From the NCBI GenBank assembly GCA_965199675.1, contig CBDATI010000028.1, positions 19,205-83,204 on the forward strand: a stretch of DNA of 64,000 bases, in the 5' to 3' direction. This document shows positions 26,251 through 37,600 of this stretch, one piece after another. Each line of letters starts with the position of its first letter. Position 1 is the first letter of the stretch. Made by a program: the position numbers and the translations under genes. The notes below the pieces were generated by a model. It did not search any database, was not told where the DNA came from, and saw only the letters and a list, made by a program, of their open reading frames with translations. This DNA comes from Vicinamibacterales bacterium (GTDB lineage: Bacteria > Acidobacteriota > Vicinamibacteria > Vicinamibacterales > UBA8438).

Positions 26251-28148
26251 GAGGCGGTCAGCGCCGCGTCGAGCTCGGTCATCGCCCGCCCTGCCTCCGC
26301 GAGCATCGCCTGCATGGCGGCGGCGTCCGGCTCGGTGGGGGCGAAGCGCTCTCGGTCGCAGCGTTCCAGACAGTCGAGATAGGCGTCGACGACGGATGTC
26401 TCCACCCCGCGGGCGTCGAGGGCGGCGCGTATCTCGTCGTGGATCAGGCCGGCCTCGGCGACGTTCAGCTTGTCGCCGAGGAACCCCTGCATGGCGCGGC
26501 CCACCTCGGCGTGGAACTCGCGCCGCCGGTCGGGGGCGCACAGCGGCTCGGCCCGAGCGAGCCGGCGCCGGGCCACCCTCGAGGCGCGCCGGTTGCGAGC
26601 CCAGGCGACGTCGCCGGCGAGCCGGTCCCGGTGGCGGCGCACCGCCACGGCTCCGGCGAGGCCGACGAGGGGCAGCACCGCCACCGTCCAGAACCCGGCC
26701 GAGCGCACCAGCGAGCGTCCCCGCGCCCGGAAGGCGGGAGCGGCGATGCGGATGAAGCGGATGTCCTCGCGCTGGAGGTCCACCGAGGCGCGGGTGCGTC
26801 CCCCGGGCAGGATCGGGGCGGGGGTCGGTTCGCCGGTGACAGTCAGGTCTATCGGGTCTGAAGTCGCGACCGCGTAGGCGTCGCGGTCGGGGTCGAAGTA
26901 GACGAGCTCGACGGGAGGAATCGTCATCCGGCCGGGTTCGCGAGGCACGATGACGTACTCGTAGACCCGGCTGCCGCGGACCCCGTCCGCGGCCGGTTCC
27001 ACCTCTTCGCGCATCTCCGGGGGGTAGACCTCGAACGCGGGGGGGAGGTCCAGGCTCGGTTCGGGCAGGGTCCGGATGTTGCCGGCGCCGCCGACGTCGA
27101 TCCGCAGGGTCAGGGCGTCGTTGGTTTCCACGGTGGTGCGGTCCACGCCGGCCGAGATCGCGAGCGAGCCGACGAAGCCCGAGTACGAGCCGGGGGCGCC
27201 GGGCGGCGCCGGACGCACGTCGAGGTCGAGGGCGTTCGACGCGACCGAGACCGGCACGCGTCGCCCGAACAGGCTGTCGCCGAAGAAGCCGCCGAAGGGG
27301 TCTCCGAACGGGTCGCGTCCCACGCGTCGCCTCTGCATGCGCACCTGCGCTTCGAGCACCAGCGGATCGATGCGCTTCGGGCCGGCGCTGGTCGGGAACA
27401 GGGCGGCGCGTCGGATGACGCTGCTGGCGTACTGGACGCCGCTGCGGACGACCTGCTCCGTCCGGCGCTGCGGGATGGACAGCTCCTCGACCCAGAAGCC
27501 GGCGGTGCCGGGCTGCCGGACGACGCTGACGCCGTCGACGTCGACCCGAGTGAAGATGCGGTACTCCACCACGACGGGCTGGTTGACGTAGACCTGCTCG
27601 TCGCTCAGGGTGGCGGTGACGAACAGGTCGTCGGAGCCGATGCCGTCGCCGCCGCGGCCGCCCGCCCCGCCGCGCGCTCTCGCGCCCGCCGCCGACGGGC
27701 TGGAGACCTCGAGGGTCAGGGGATCGGTGCGCAGGTCCTGCCCGCCGACCGTCACCGCCACCGGCCCGATCTCGAACGTGCCCTCCTGGGTCGCCTGGAA
27801 CCGGTACCGGAGCGTGACCGTGGTCGATGTCCGACCGTTGACGATCTGCACCGACGTCGAGGTGCTGGAGCCCAGGTAGACGGCGAACCCCGACAGGTCC
27901 GGCAGGTCGGGGTCCGCATCGACGTTCTGGCTGCCGGAGACCTCCACGTTCAGGGCGAACTGGCCGTTGAGGGGCACCGGGTTCTGGCTCAGGAAGCTCC
28001 GCGCCGACTGGGCGAGGCCGGCCGCCGGGAAGGCCACGACCAGCATCGCCGCCGCGAGAAAGCGCGCCAGGGCCACCGCGGCCTCCGTGGCGGCCGGGTC
28101 GGGAGGCTGGCGCGTGGACCACGGGGCCCCCCGGTGTCGAGGGGTCAC
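26247..28148 (-). CDS. batD: BatD-like oxygen-tolerance protein
   Basis: GTG 28148 overlaps the batC stop (GTGA). Signal peptide (AAVALARFLAAAMLVVAFPAAGLAQSA). Long beta-rich ectodomain, TM (FWTVAVLPLVGLAGAVAV), and a cytoplasmic helical tail. The architecture and operon position match BatD. Confidence 0.75.
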   Translation of the reverse strand: MTPRHRGAPWSTRQPPDPAATEAAVALARFLAAAMLVVAFPAAGLAQSARSFLSQNPVPLNGQFALNVEVSGSQNVDADPDLPDLSGFAVYLGSSTSTSVQIVNGRTSTTVTLRYRFQATQEGTFEIGPVAVTVGGQDLRTDPLTLEVSSPSAAGARARGGAGGRGGDGIGSDDLFVTATLSDEQVYVNQPVVVEYRIFTRVDVDGVSVVRQPGTAGFWVEELSIPQRRTEQVVRSGVQYASSVIRRAALFPTSAGPKRIDPLVLEAQVRMQRRRVGRDPFGDPFGGFFGDSLFGRRVPVSVASNALDLDVRPAPPGAPGSYSGFVGSLAISAGVDRTTVETNDALTLRIDVGGAGNIRTLPEPSLDLPPAFEVYPPEMREEVEPAADGVRGSRVYEYVIVPREPGRMTIPPVELVYFDPDRDAYAVATSDPIDLTVTGEPTPAPILPGGRTRASVDLQREDIRFIRIAAPAFRARGRSLVRSAGFWTVAVLPLVGLAGAVAVRRHRDRLAGDVAWARNRRASRVARRRLARAEPLCAPDRRREFHAEVGRAMQGFLGDKLNVAEAGLIHDEIRAALDARGVETSVVDAYLDCLERCDRERFAPTEPDAAAMQAMLAEAGRAMTELDAALTAS

Positions 28149-29068
28149 CAGGGCCTCCGTGGCGGCCGCGTCGGCGCGGTGGTCCGGCGGCGGCGCTGAA
28201 TCTGGTCGGGATCCTCGTCGATGGCTTCGAGCAGGCGCTCCGCGTCCTCCCGGCTCAGTTCGCCGGGCTGCGGTTGCGGTTCGGTCTGGGGCTCTTCGCC
28301 GGACGGATTCGGCGGCTGCTCTTCGTTCTGCTGATTCTGCTGATTCTGTTCCTGCTGCTCTTCGTTCTGCTGCTCTTCGTTCTGCTGCTCTTCGTTCTGC
28401 TGATTCTGTTCCTGCTGCTCTTCGTTCTGCTGCTCTTGTTGCTGCTCTTGCTGCTCGGACTGGTTCTCCTGATTCTCGTCGTCGTTCTGCTGCTCCTGCC
28501 GGTCCGACGGCTGCTGTTGCTGCTGTTGCTGCTGGATCTGCTCGAGGGTCATCTCGAGGTTGTGCTTGGCGTCGACGTCCGTCGGGTTCCGGCGCAGCGC
28601 CTGCTTGTAGGCTTCGAGGGCCGGCTGGAGCTGCTGCTGGCGGTACAGGGCGTTGCCGAGGTTGTACCAGGCCTGCGCCTCGACGGCGGGGTCGCCGCTC
28701 TCGGCCGCCTGCCGGTAGGCCTCCATCGCGCGCTGGAACTCCTCGGTCCGGTACAGTGCGTTCCCGTTGTTGAACGGGACGATCGGCGAGTCGGGGGCCG
28801 CCCGCAGAGCCTCCAGGTACTGCTCGTGGGCCTCTTCGAACCGGCCCTCCACGTAGAGCCGGTTGCCCGCCTCCACCGCGCTCCGCCCGGGCTGCGCGGC
28901 GGCGAGGGCCGGCGGCAGGAGACCGGCCGCACAGGCGAGTCCGGCCGCAACGTGCACCGCCCTGGTCAGGCGCGGGCGCTCTCGGGCCCGCTGGCGCACT
29001 CGACGGTCCGCCGGCGCCTGCCGGGCGCCGGGCAACGCGTTCCACCACCGGGTGTGACCGTGTCTCAC
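28145..29068 (-). CDS. batC: BatC-like TPR protein with long Gln/Glu/Asn-rich repeat tail
   Basis: GTG 29068 (GGGGAGGT 4 nt upstream) overlaps the batB stop (GTGA). TPR units (AVEAGNRLYVEGRFEEAHEQYLEAL; NNGNALYRTEEFQRAMEAYRQAA; WYNLGNALYRQQQLQPALEAYKQAL), then QQQQQQQQPSDRQEQQNDDENQENQSEQQEQQQEQQNEEQQEQNQQNEEQQNEEQQNEEQQEQNQQNQQNEEQ. Confidence 0.8.
   Translation of the reverse strand: MRHGHTRWWNALPGARQAPADRRVRQRARERPRLTRAVHVAAGLACAAGLLPPALAAAQPGRSAVEAGNRLYVEGRFEEAHEQYLEALRAAPDSPIVPFNNGNALYRTEEFQRAMEAYRQAAESGDPAVEAQAWYNLGNALYRQQQLQPALEAYKQALRRNPTDVDAKHNLEMTLEQIQQQQQQQQPSDRQEQQNDDENQENQSEQQEQQQEQQNEEQQEQNQQNEEQQNEEQQNEEQQEQNQQNQQNEEQPPNPSGEEPQTEPQPQPGELSREDAERLLEAIDEDPDQIQRRRRTTAPTRPPRRPW
28313..28535 (-). 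repeat. In-frame tandem repeat (15-bp units within a 60-bp duplication) encoding the BatC Q/E/N-rich tail
   Basis: CTGCTCTTCGTTCTG recurs repeatedly. The block TGATTCTGTTCCTGCTGCTCTTCGTTCTGCTGCTCTT occurs at 28341 and again at 28401 (60-bp period). GC content is visibly lower (about 50-55%) than in the flanking sequence. Confidence 0.9.
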
Positions 29069-30096
29069 TTGAACCTCCCCGACCATTCGGCCCGCACCCG
29101 CCGACGGTCCGGTATCAGGACCTCGGCGACCAGCAGGGCCAGCGCGAGACCGAGAAAGACCTGATACTGCTCGTCGAACAGGGTCACCTGCTCGGCCTCG
29201 AACTCCCGGCCCTCGCCGCCCGTCACCTCGGCGGCCACTGCCGCGAGCTCGGCTCCTCCCGGCGACGCGCGGTAGTAGAGGCCGCCGGTGCGCTCGGCCA
29301 TCGTCTGCAGGACGGCCTCGTCGAGCTGCGTCGTCACCACCGTCCCGTCCTCGTCCCGCCGGAACCCCCGGGGGCGGCCGGCTTCGTCGAACTCGGGAAT
29401 CGGCACCCCCTCGGTCGATCCGATGCCCACGGTGTAGATGCGGACCCCCGCCTCGACCGCCCGGTCGACGGCTTCCTCGACCTCGCCCTCGTGGTCCTCG
29501 CCGTCGGTGATCAGGACCAGTACCCGGTGGCGGCGCTCGGTCTCCGCGAATGCGTCGAGGGCGACCCCGACGGCCTGACCGAGATTGGTGCCCTGCACCG
29601 AGATCATGTCCGGATCCATCGCGTTCAGGAAGAGGGTCGCCGCCCCGTAGTCGCCGGTCAGGGGGCTCTGCACGAACGCCTCGCCCGCGAAGGCGACCAG
29701 CCCCACCCGGTCTCCCTCCAGCCGACCGATGAGGTCCGCCACGGCGAGCTTGGCGCGGTCGAGCCGATTCGGTGCGATGTCCTCGGCCGTCATCGAGGCG
29801 GACAGGTCGAGGGCGACCACGATGTCCTGCCCCTCGCGCCGCACCGTCTCGATCCGGCTCCCGAACTGCGGCCGGGCCAGCGCGGTGACGAGCAGGACCA
29901 CCGCGGCCAGGAGGGCCGCCTGCTTCGCGGCCCGACCTCGCCGGTCGACGGTGGCGGTCAGCCGGTCGAGGAGGTGGCGGTCGCCGACGAGGGCCAGCGC
30001 CCGGCGTGTGCGCGCACGGGCCCACCACGCCAGCCCCGCGAGGGTCGGGACCAGCAGCCAGGCGAGCAGCACGTCGGCGGCGGCGAACCTGAACAC
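29065..30096 (-). CDS. batB: BatB-like von Willebrand factor A (VWA) membrane protein
   Basis: GTG 30096 overlaps the batA stop by 1 nt (TAGTG). N-terminal TM, VWA MIDAS (IVVALDLSASM...LVLITDGEDH), C-terminal TM. Confidence 0.85.
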   Translation of the reverse strand: MFRFAAADVLLAWLLVPTLAGLAWWARARTRRALALVGDRHLLDRLTATVDRRGRAAKQAALLAAVVLLVTALARPQFGSRIETVRREGQDIVVALDLSASMTAEDIAPNRLDRAKLAVADLIGRLEGDRVGLVAFAGEAFVQSPLTGDYGAATLFLNAMDPDMISVQGTNLGQAVGVALDAFAETERRHRVLVLITDGEDHEGEVEEAVDRAVEAGVRIYTVGIGSTEGVPIPEFDEAGRPRGFRRDEDGTVVTTQLDEAVLQTMAERTGGLYYRASPGGAELAAVAAEVTGGEGREFEAEQVTLFDEQYQVFLGLALALLVAEVLIPDRRRVRAEWSGRFK

Positions 30097-31088
30097 TACG
30101 GCAGCTTCCTCAGCACGGTGCGGGCCAGCGTCATCTCCAGCACGAGAAGCACGAGGCCCGCGGCGAGCGGGAAGTGGAACAGCTCGCCGTAGCGGGTGAA
30201 CTGCTCCACCTCGAGCTCGGTCGTCTCCAGCGCGTCGATTTCCGCGTATATCGCCTCCAGGCTCTCCCGGTCCGTCGCCCGGAAGTAGCGGCCGTCGGTG
30301 AGGTCCGCCGTCTCCTGCAAGGTCGGCTCGTCGATGTCGACCCGCATCTGCGCGTAGCGGCGGCCGAACCGGGGGTCGTCGACGGGCACCCGCGCTACCC
30401 CGCGGGTGCCGGCCCCGACGGCGTAGATGCGGATGTCGAGCGCCGCCGCCAGTTGGGCGGCGGTGACCGGGTCGATCTCGCCCCGGTTGTTCTGGCCGTC
30501 GGTCAGCAGCACGATCACCTTCGACTCGGCCGACGAGCCCTGCAGCCGCTTGACGGCAGTGGCCAGCCCCATGCCGATGGCGGTGCCGTCCTCGATGATG
30601 CCCGTCTCGAGCTCGCCGAGCACGGTGGTCACGATGCCGTAGTCGAGGGTCAGGGGGACCTGGGTGAACGCGTCGCCGGCGAACACCACGAGGCCGATGC
30701 GGTCGTTGCGGCGGCCCGCGACGAAGTCGGCGGCCACCGCCTTGGCCGCCCCGATGCGGTTCGGCTCGAGGTCTTCGGCGAGCATCGAGGTCGACAGGTC
30801 GAGAGCGAGCACGATGTCGATTCCCTCGGTGGTGACGTTCTCGGCCGTGACGCCGGTCTGGGGTCGGGCGAAGGCGACGATGAGGGCGGCGAGGCCGAGG
30901 CTGCGGAGGACGAAGAGGGCGTGGCGGTAGCGCCCGGTGCGCCGCCGGTCGGCCCGGGCGATGGCGGCGATAGACGAGTAGCGCAGCGTCCCCGTCCGGC
31001 TGCGGCCACGCACGACGTACCACCAGGCGAGGAGCGGCACGCCGATCAGGAGGAGGAGGTACGCCGGATCCGCGAACCGGAGGATCAT
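30096..31088 (-). CDS. batA: BatA-like VWA membrane protein
   Basis: MILRFADPAYLLLLIGVPLLAWWYV..., MIDAS DIVLALDLSTSM...VIVLLTDGQNN, C-terminal TM. ATG 31088 overlaps the upstream stop (ATGA). Confidence 0.85.
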   Translation of the reverse strand: MILRFADPAYLLLLIGVPLLAWWYVVRGRSRTGTLRYSSIAAIARADRRRTGRYRHALFVLRSLGLAALIVAFARPQTGVTAENVTTEGIDIVLALDLSTSMLAEDLEPNRIGAAKAVAADFVAGRRNDRIGLVVFAGDAFTQVPLTLDYGIVTTVLGELETGIIEDGTAIGMGLATAVKRLQGSSAESKVIVLLTDGQNNRGEIDPVTAAQLAAALDIRIYAVGAGTRGVARVPVDDPRFGRRYAQMRVDIDEPTLQETADLTDGRYFRATDRESLEAIYAEIDALETTELEVEQFTRYGELFHFPLAAGLVLLVLEMTLARTVLRKLP

Positions 31089-32068
31089 GTCGTCTGCTCC
31101 GCGGGGACCGGGGCCGGCGCGACGGGGGCCGCCGCGACAGGGGTCGAGACCTCCACCACCCGCCGCGCGAGCGGGGCCTGCTCGCGGCACTGCGGCACGG
31201 CGGGTCGGAGCTTCGCGAACTTCACGAGGTCGCAGTGGTCGAGCAGTTGACGGACGTCGGCGACGACCCCGGCGCTCGCGTCGGCCCGGCGCAGGCCGTC
31301 GAGCACCTCGCCGGTCGTCATCTCCATCGCGTCGACGCCGAAGCGTCCCTCGATGTAGGCCCGCAGGATGTCCGACAACCGGATATGGTAGGTCTTGATT
31401 TCGCCGCGCTCCAGCAGCCCCGCCGCCTCGAGGGCGGCCAGGGCCTCGAGGGCGACCTCGTGGGCGGGCCGTGGGGGAATGGCCGGGACCACGGCCTCCG
31501 GCCGGGTGCGCCGCCGGTAGCGCCGGTGGAACCAGGCGGCCGCCGCCGCGACGGCGAGCAGGGCCGCGAGCCACGGCAGCAGGGTGACGAGTGCGAAGGG
31601 GATGGCCAGCGGACCCTTGATGTCGCGGATGTCGCCGCCCTCGTCCCGCCCCACGCTCTCGATGGTGATCGCCGCCGCCGCCGTCGCCAGGACCGTCGCG
31701 CCGCCCCCGGCGTCCACCACCTCGAGTTCGAGGGACGGAAACGACAGCTCGCCGAGCTCGAACGCCGCCACCCGCAGCTCGAGGCGCGACTCGACGCTCC
31801 CGTCCGCCCCCGCCGCCGACTGCGCGACCGGCGCATCGAGGAGCTCGAACGGCGCCGCCTCGACGGGGTCGGGCCACCGCACCTCGGCGTCCGCGGCATG
31901 GCGCACCGTCACCACCACGCTGACGGGGTCGCCTACCGCCGCCGTCGCGGCCGAGACGGTGGTCTCGACCGCGGGCTCGACCGCCCCGCCCGCCGGCGCA
32001 CCCTCCTGGGCGGCCGCCGGGGCGGCCAGGGCAGCCGCGAGCGCCGCCGCCAACCCCCAGCTCGTCAT
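31085..32068 (-). CDS. Bat-operon membrane protein (BatD-like N-terminal ectodomain + DUF4381-like TM/helical part)
   Basis: 327 aa. Signal peptide (MTSWGLAAALAAALAAPAAAQ), Ig-like ectodomain (GDPVSVVVTVRH...), TM (FALVTLLPWLAALLAVAAAAAWF), then ...CDLVKFAKLRP. ATG 32068 overlaps the DUF58 stop (ATGA). Confidence 0.65.
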   Translation of the reverse strand: MTSWGLAAALAAALAAPAAAQEGAPAGGAVEPAVETTVSAATAAVGDPVSVVVTVRHAADAEVRWPDPVEAAPFELLDAPVAQSAAGADGSVESRLELRVAAFELGELSFPSLELEVVDAGGGATVLATAAAAITIESVGRDEGGDIRDIKGPLAIPFALVTLLPWLAALLAVAAAAAWFHRRYRRRTRPEAVVPAIPPRPAHEVALEALAALEAAGLLERGEIKTYHIRLSDILRAYIEGRFGVDAMEMTTGEVLDGLRRADASAGVVADVRQLLDHCDLVKFAKLRPAVPQCREQAPLARRVVEVSTPVAAAPVAPAPVPAEQTT

Positions 32069-32939
32069 CTGAACCGTTTCGCGCGCTGCCGGAAGAACCG
32101 CATGAGCCGGTCGGCGTAGGGTCGGTCCGTCGTGATCTCCACCACGTCGACCCCCGTCTGCCGGAACTCCCGCTCCCGGGCTTCCCGCGCCTCCGCCACC
32201 TCGCGGTCGAACGCCCGGCGGAACGCCGGGTCCGACACGTTCACCGTCAATCGGTCGCCGGTCTCGGCGTCCTCCAGGTCGAGGTAGCCGACCGGCGGCA
32301 GCTCGCGCTCGCGGGGGTCGCTGATTCGTATGACGACCGTGTCGTGGCGGCGGCCGGCCACCGCCAGGGCCCGCCGGTAGCCGCCGGCGAGAAAGTCGGA
32401 GACCACGAACGTCACCGCACGGCGCCGCACCACCCGGGCCAGGTACTCCAGCGCCCCGGCGATGTCGGTGCCGCGCCCCGCCGGCTCGAAGTAGAGCAGC
32501 TCGCGCAGCACCCGCAGCACGTGGCGGCGTCCCTTGCGGGGCGGCACGAACTTCTCGATGCGGTCGCTGAAGATGATCAGCCCCACCTTGTCGTTGTTGG
32601 TGATGGCCGAGAAGGCGAGCACCGCGCAGATCTCGACTGCGACCTCGCCCTTCATGCGCCCCGACGAGCCGAAGTCGCCCGAGGCGCTGACGTCGACCAC
32701 GAGCATCACCGTCAGTTCGCGCTCCTCGTCGAAGACCTTGACGAACGGCGCGCCGGTCCGCGCCGTGACGTTCCAGTCGATGTTGCGGATGTCGTCGCCG
32801 TAGTGGTACTCGCGCACCTCGGCGAAGTTCATGCCGCGGCCCTTGAACACCGAGTGGTACTCGCCGGAGAAGACCTCGTTCACGAGGCCCCGGGTGGCGA
32901 TCTCGACCCGGCGGACCTGCCTGAGTATCTCCCGCGGTA

Positions 32940-32943
<4 letters not shown>
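32065..32943 (-). CDS. DUF58 (VWA-like) protein, MoxR partner
   Basis: GTG 32943 overlaps the moxR stop (GTGA). GEYHSVFKGRGMNFAEVREYHYGDDIRNIDWNVTARTG...VMLVVDVSASGDFGS is the DUF58 signature. Confidence 0.88.
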
Positions 32944-33929
<986 letters not shown>

Positions 33930-34068
33930 GGTGTCTGCGCGCGTGCTCGACCCTCTATTGTAGGCAACTGTGGCCGCCCATCTGTCAGACGTTTCGCGGG
34001 CGGAGATGGCCGGCGGTGGGGGCGGCTGGCCGCACGCACCGCCGCCCCGGCCGGTTCCCGCCGCCGGG

Positions 34069-34530
34069 TCAGCGAACGGGGAAGAAGATATCGGTGCGCC
34101 ACTTCGCCGAGTCGGGCTCGGCGCCGGGGTCGGTGACGTAGACCTCCCAGGGGGCGCCGGCAGGCTCGAGGCTCTCCGACTTCATCCACGCCGTCAGCGC
34201 CTGCCACGTGTGCCCGAGCTGGTCGTAGGGGCCGGTGTGGGTGACGGTGGCTGCCTTACCGCAGGGCAGCTCGCCGGCGCGGATGCGGTCGGTGCCGTCC
34301 AGGGGCGACGCGACGGGCATCCCGCACTCCAGATCGACGGCTCCGCCGTCCATCGCGTGGTAGATGGCGAAGGGCATCCCGGCCGGGGTCCCCCCGCTCT
34401 GCTGCACGTACCCGTGCAGCTCGCCGAAGAGCGGACCCATGACGCCCGCAATCTTGTCCATGGTGGTCTTCGTCCGGATGCCCACCATTGGTTGGGCCTT
34501 CAACTCGGTGGTGCCGAACTCCGATGTCAT
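34069..34530 (-). CDS. GyrI-like small-molecule-binding domain protein
   Basis: Start moved to ATG 34530 (GAGGAGGGA upstream). ...QPMVGIRTKTTMDKIAGVMGPLFGELHGYV...GMPFAIYH...PCGKAATVTHTGPYDQLGHTWQALTAWM...PWEVYVTDP shows the duplicated beta-alpha-beta-beta GyrI-like pattern. Confidence 0.75.
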   Translation of the reverse strand: MTSEFGTTELKAQPMVGIRTKTTMDKIAGVMGPLFGELHGYVQQSGGTPAGMPFAIYHAMDGGAVDLECGMPVASPLDGTDRIRAGELPCGKAATVTHTGPYDQLGHTWQALTAWMKSESLEPAGAPWEVYVTDPGAEPDSAKWRTDIFFPVR

Positions 34531-34631
34531 CCGCTGTCCCTCCTCGATTCCGCCGTCCTGCCGCCCGGGGACCATGTCCCGTCGGGTCGCGGGACCGCCA
34601 TGGAGTCGCCCCGGAAGTTATCGGGAACCGG

Positions 34632-34660
34632 TTGACGACTCAAGTTGGTGATGTTAACAT
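34632..34660 (+). promoter_or_regulatory. Sigma-70-like promoter candidate for the TonB receptor gene
   Basis: TTGACG-17 nt-TAACAT inside a short AT-rich island (34630-34680) immediately upstream of the receptor ORF. Confidence 0.4.
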
Positions 34661-34666
34661 AAGTCA

Positions 34667-37600
34667 ATGAAGTGTAACATACCCGCTCCCCCCCCCCGAC
34701 CGTGTTTTCGGGCGCTCACCCTCCCTCGTCTCTCGCTCGTCAGCGTGAGCCGCGTCCTCAGGAGAAGGGCGCTGATCTTGGCATGCGTGCTGGCCGCGCC
34801 GTGGACCGCCGCCGCTCAGGACGGCGGCATCACGGGAACCGTCACCGACGACACGGGGGGGGTGCTGCCGGGCGTGACGGTGGAGGCTTCCGGGGCCGCG
34901 CCGGCCGCCGCCCTCGTCACGGTGAGCGACGGCGACGGCCGCTACGCGCTCACGGGTCTCCCCCCCGGCGCCTACGTCGTCACCTTCACCCTGGCCGGCT
35001 TCGAGCGCCAGGAGCGGGCGGTCGAGCTGGCCGCCGGGGTCACGGCCACGGTCAACGCCGACCTGCAGTTGGGCGGCCTCTTCGAGGAGGTGACGGTGGC
35101 GGTGACCGGGACCGCCATCGACGCCCCGGCCATCAACATGCCCCACGCCGTCACCGTGGTCAGCCGCGAGACGCTCGAGCAGCAGGGCACGACCCAGCTC
35201 GTCGACCTCTTTCGCAACCTGAACGTCAGTCACGGCGTCGTCGGCGAGCGCAACAGTTGGTACAACTCCAATCAGCCGTCGACCCTCACCGAGAACGTCG
35301 CCAACGTGAACCTGCGCGGCCTCGGCGCGTCGCGCACCCTGGTGCTGATCAACGGCCGCCGCCACGTGCCGGTGCCCGCCCGCCTCATCGGCGGGCGCTT
35401 CGTCGACGTCAACACCATCCCTGCTATCGCCGTCGGCCGGCTCGAGGTGCTGAAGGAGGGCGCGTCCGCCACCTACGGGTCGGATGCGGTCGGCGGCGTC
35501 GCCAACTTCGTCACCCGCAACGACTTCCGCGGCTTCGAGATGAACGTCGCCCACGACTACTTCGACGGCGGCGGCGACACCACCGTCGCGGGCATCTGGG
35601 GCGGCCGCATCGGCGCCTCGAGCGCGGTGCTCTCCATGGAGCGGGTCGGCCGCCAGGAGCTGCAGATGGCGGAACGCCCGTGGGCCCTCGACCGCCTGAG
35701 CACGCACGTCTCGGGGAACCGCGCCGGGTGGTCGAGCCTCGGCAACCCCGGCACGTTCGCGGTGGGGGCGCCGGCGCCGTGGACGGCTGATGTGTTCGAC
35801 CCCCGCTGCGAGGAGTTCGGGGGTCAGGACGAGGGCTGGACGTGCCGGTTCCGCTACGCGCCCTACGACAACCTCATCGACGCGCAGCAGCAGACCCGCG
35901 CCTTCCTCGAGCTCAACGGCCCCCTGAACGAGCGGACCCGCTACCACGTCGAGGGACTGTGGTCCGACGCCGTGATCCCGAACTGGTACACGACGCCGTC
36001 GTATCCGCCGTTCCCGCTGACGAGCACCACCGTCATGGAGGTGGCGGCGAACCATCCCGGCCGCCAGCAGTTCTGCGGCAGCTACGCCGGGGACCCCAAG
36101 GGCGATCCCATGAGCGCGTGCGCCGGCGGCGACCCGTGGTACTTCAACGGCCGCCCGTTCGGCAACTCCGGTCCCGGCCGCCGGCTGCGGCGCGAGTCGC
36201 GCACCCAGCGGGTCGCCGCTTCCGTCGACGGCGACATCCTCCTCGGCGGGCGGGACGCCCACTGGGACGTCGGCGTCAGCTACTCGCGGGCGCGGGGCAA
36301 CCTGAACCTGCCCGCCGTCTACACCGACCGCGCCTTCCGCGCCTTCCGCGGCTTCGGCGGCGCCGACTGCGGCGTCGGCGTCGTCGCCGACCCCAACTCC
36401 CCCGCTGGCATGCGGCTCGGTCCCCTCGGCGGCGCGGTGGCGGGCCAGGGGCCGTGCATGTACTACAACCCGTTCAGCAACGCCATCCAGCGCTCCAGCC
36501 AGCCCAACTCGACGTTTGCGAGCGTCGACAATCCGGACTACGTCGCCGGGCTCGCCAACCCCGAGGACCTGCGGCTCTGGCTCAACGAAGAGGTGGACCT
36601 CTTGAGCACCACCGACATGGTGGTGGCCGACGCCACCCTGAGCGGCAACCTCGTGCCGAACGTGGCCGACTTCGCGGTCGGCTACCAGTTCCGCGGGGTG
36701 AACGCCGACGGCAACCCCAACGACCCCGGCGACGTCACCGTGAACCCGTGCCCCGTGGCCGGCGACATGGGCTGCTCACCCGGCGACCGGTTCGGGCCGT
36801 ATCTCTTCACCAACGTCCATCGGCCCTACGCGGCCGACCAGCAGGTGCAGCGGCTGTTTGGCGAGCTGGCCGTGGGCATCGGCCCCCGCGTTGACACCCA
36901 GCTCGCCGCCAACTACGAGTTCTACAACGTGGCCGGCCGCCGCGTGAACAGCTTCGACCCGAAGATCGGCTGGCGGCTCCAGGCGGCCGAGAATGAGCAC
37001 TATTCGCTGTCGTTCCGCGGCTCGGTGCAGACGACGTTCCGGACGCCGTCGCTCGACGACCTGAACACCAGCCCCCTGACGACGCTGGAGTGGATCAACG
37101 AGACCGGCGCCTACCAGGCCGTCGACCGCTTCGGCCGCATCGATCTGCTGCCCGAGCGGGCCTTCACCTACAACGGGGGCGTGGTGCTGTTCCTCGAAGG
37201 GGGGGTGGAGGCGACCGTCGACTACTGGCGCTACGACTTCGAGAACGTCATCGGGTCGATGCCCTACGACGCCGTCACGAGCCTCTACGCGAGTGGCGAC
37301 GCGGCGACCCGCGACGCGGTGTCGCCGTTCATCATCTGTCCCGGCGGCCGCGCCTCGGAGCTGGCCCCGGCCGACCGTTGCGAGGCCCAGAACCTCGAGC
37401 GCATCCAGATCGACCTCGTGAACTGGCCGGGGCTCACCACCTCGGGCATCGACACCCACCTCGCGGCGCGGTCCGACGCGGGGCCGGGGCGGCTCTCGCT
37501 GAGCTGGGACTCGACCTGGACCGTGGGCTACGACACGAAGCGGCTGCTCCTGGAGGGCTCGGACCTGACCCTCTACCAGCCGCGCGAAGCCGCGGGCTAT

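Noticed and set aside
28313-28535. Possible CRISPR-like array because of short regular repeats
   Set aside because: The units are contiguous with no spacers, are multiples of 3 bp, and are in frame within batC. No cas genes are present.
28274-29164. Plus-strand ORF with a long poly-Leu/Phe stretch that looks like a membrane protein
   Set aside because: It is the antisense reading of the BatC Gln/Glu/Asn repeat (CAG/GAA/GAG codons read backwards as CTG/TTC/CTC). BatC on the minus strand has TPR motifs and operon coupling.
34664-36262. 532-aa minus-strand ORF; the similar 40421-42127 minus ORF was treated the same way
   Set aside because: They are antisense to the TonB receptor and to dnaX respectively, both of which have unambiguous motifs in the sense frame.
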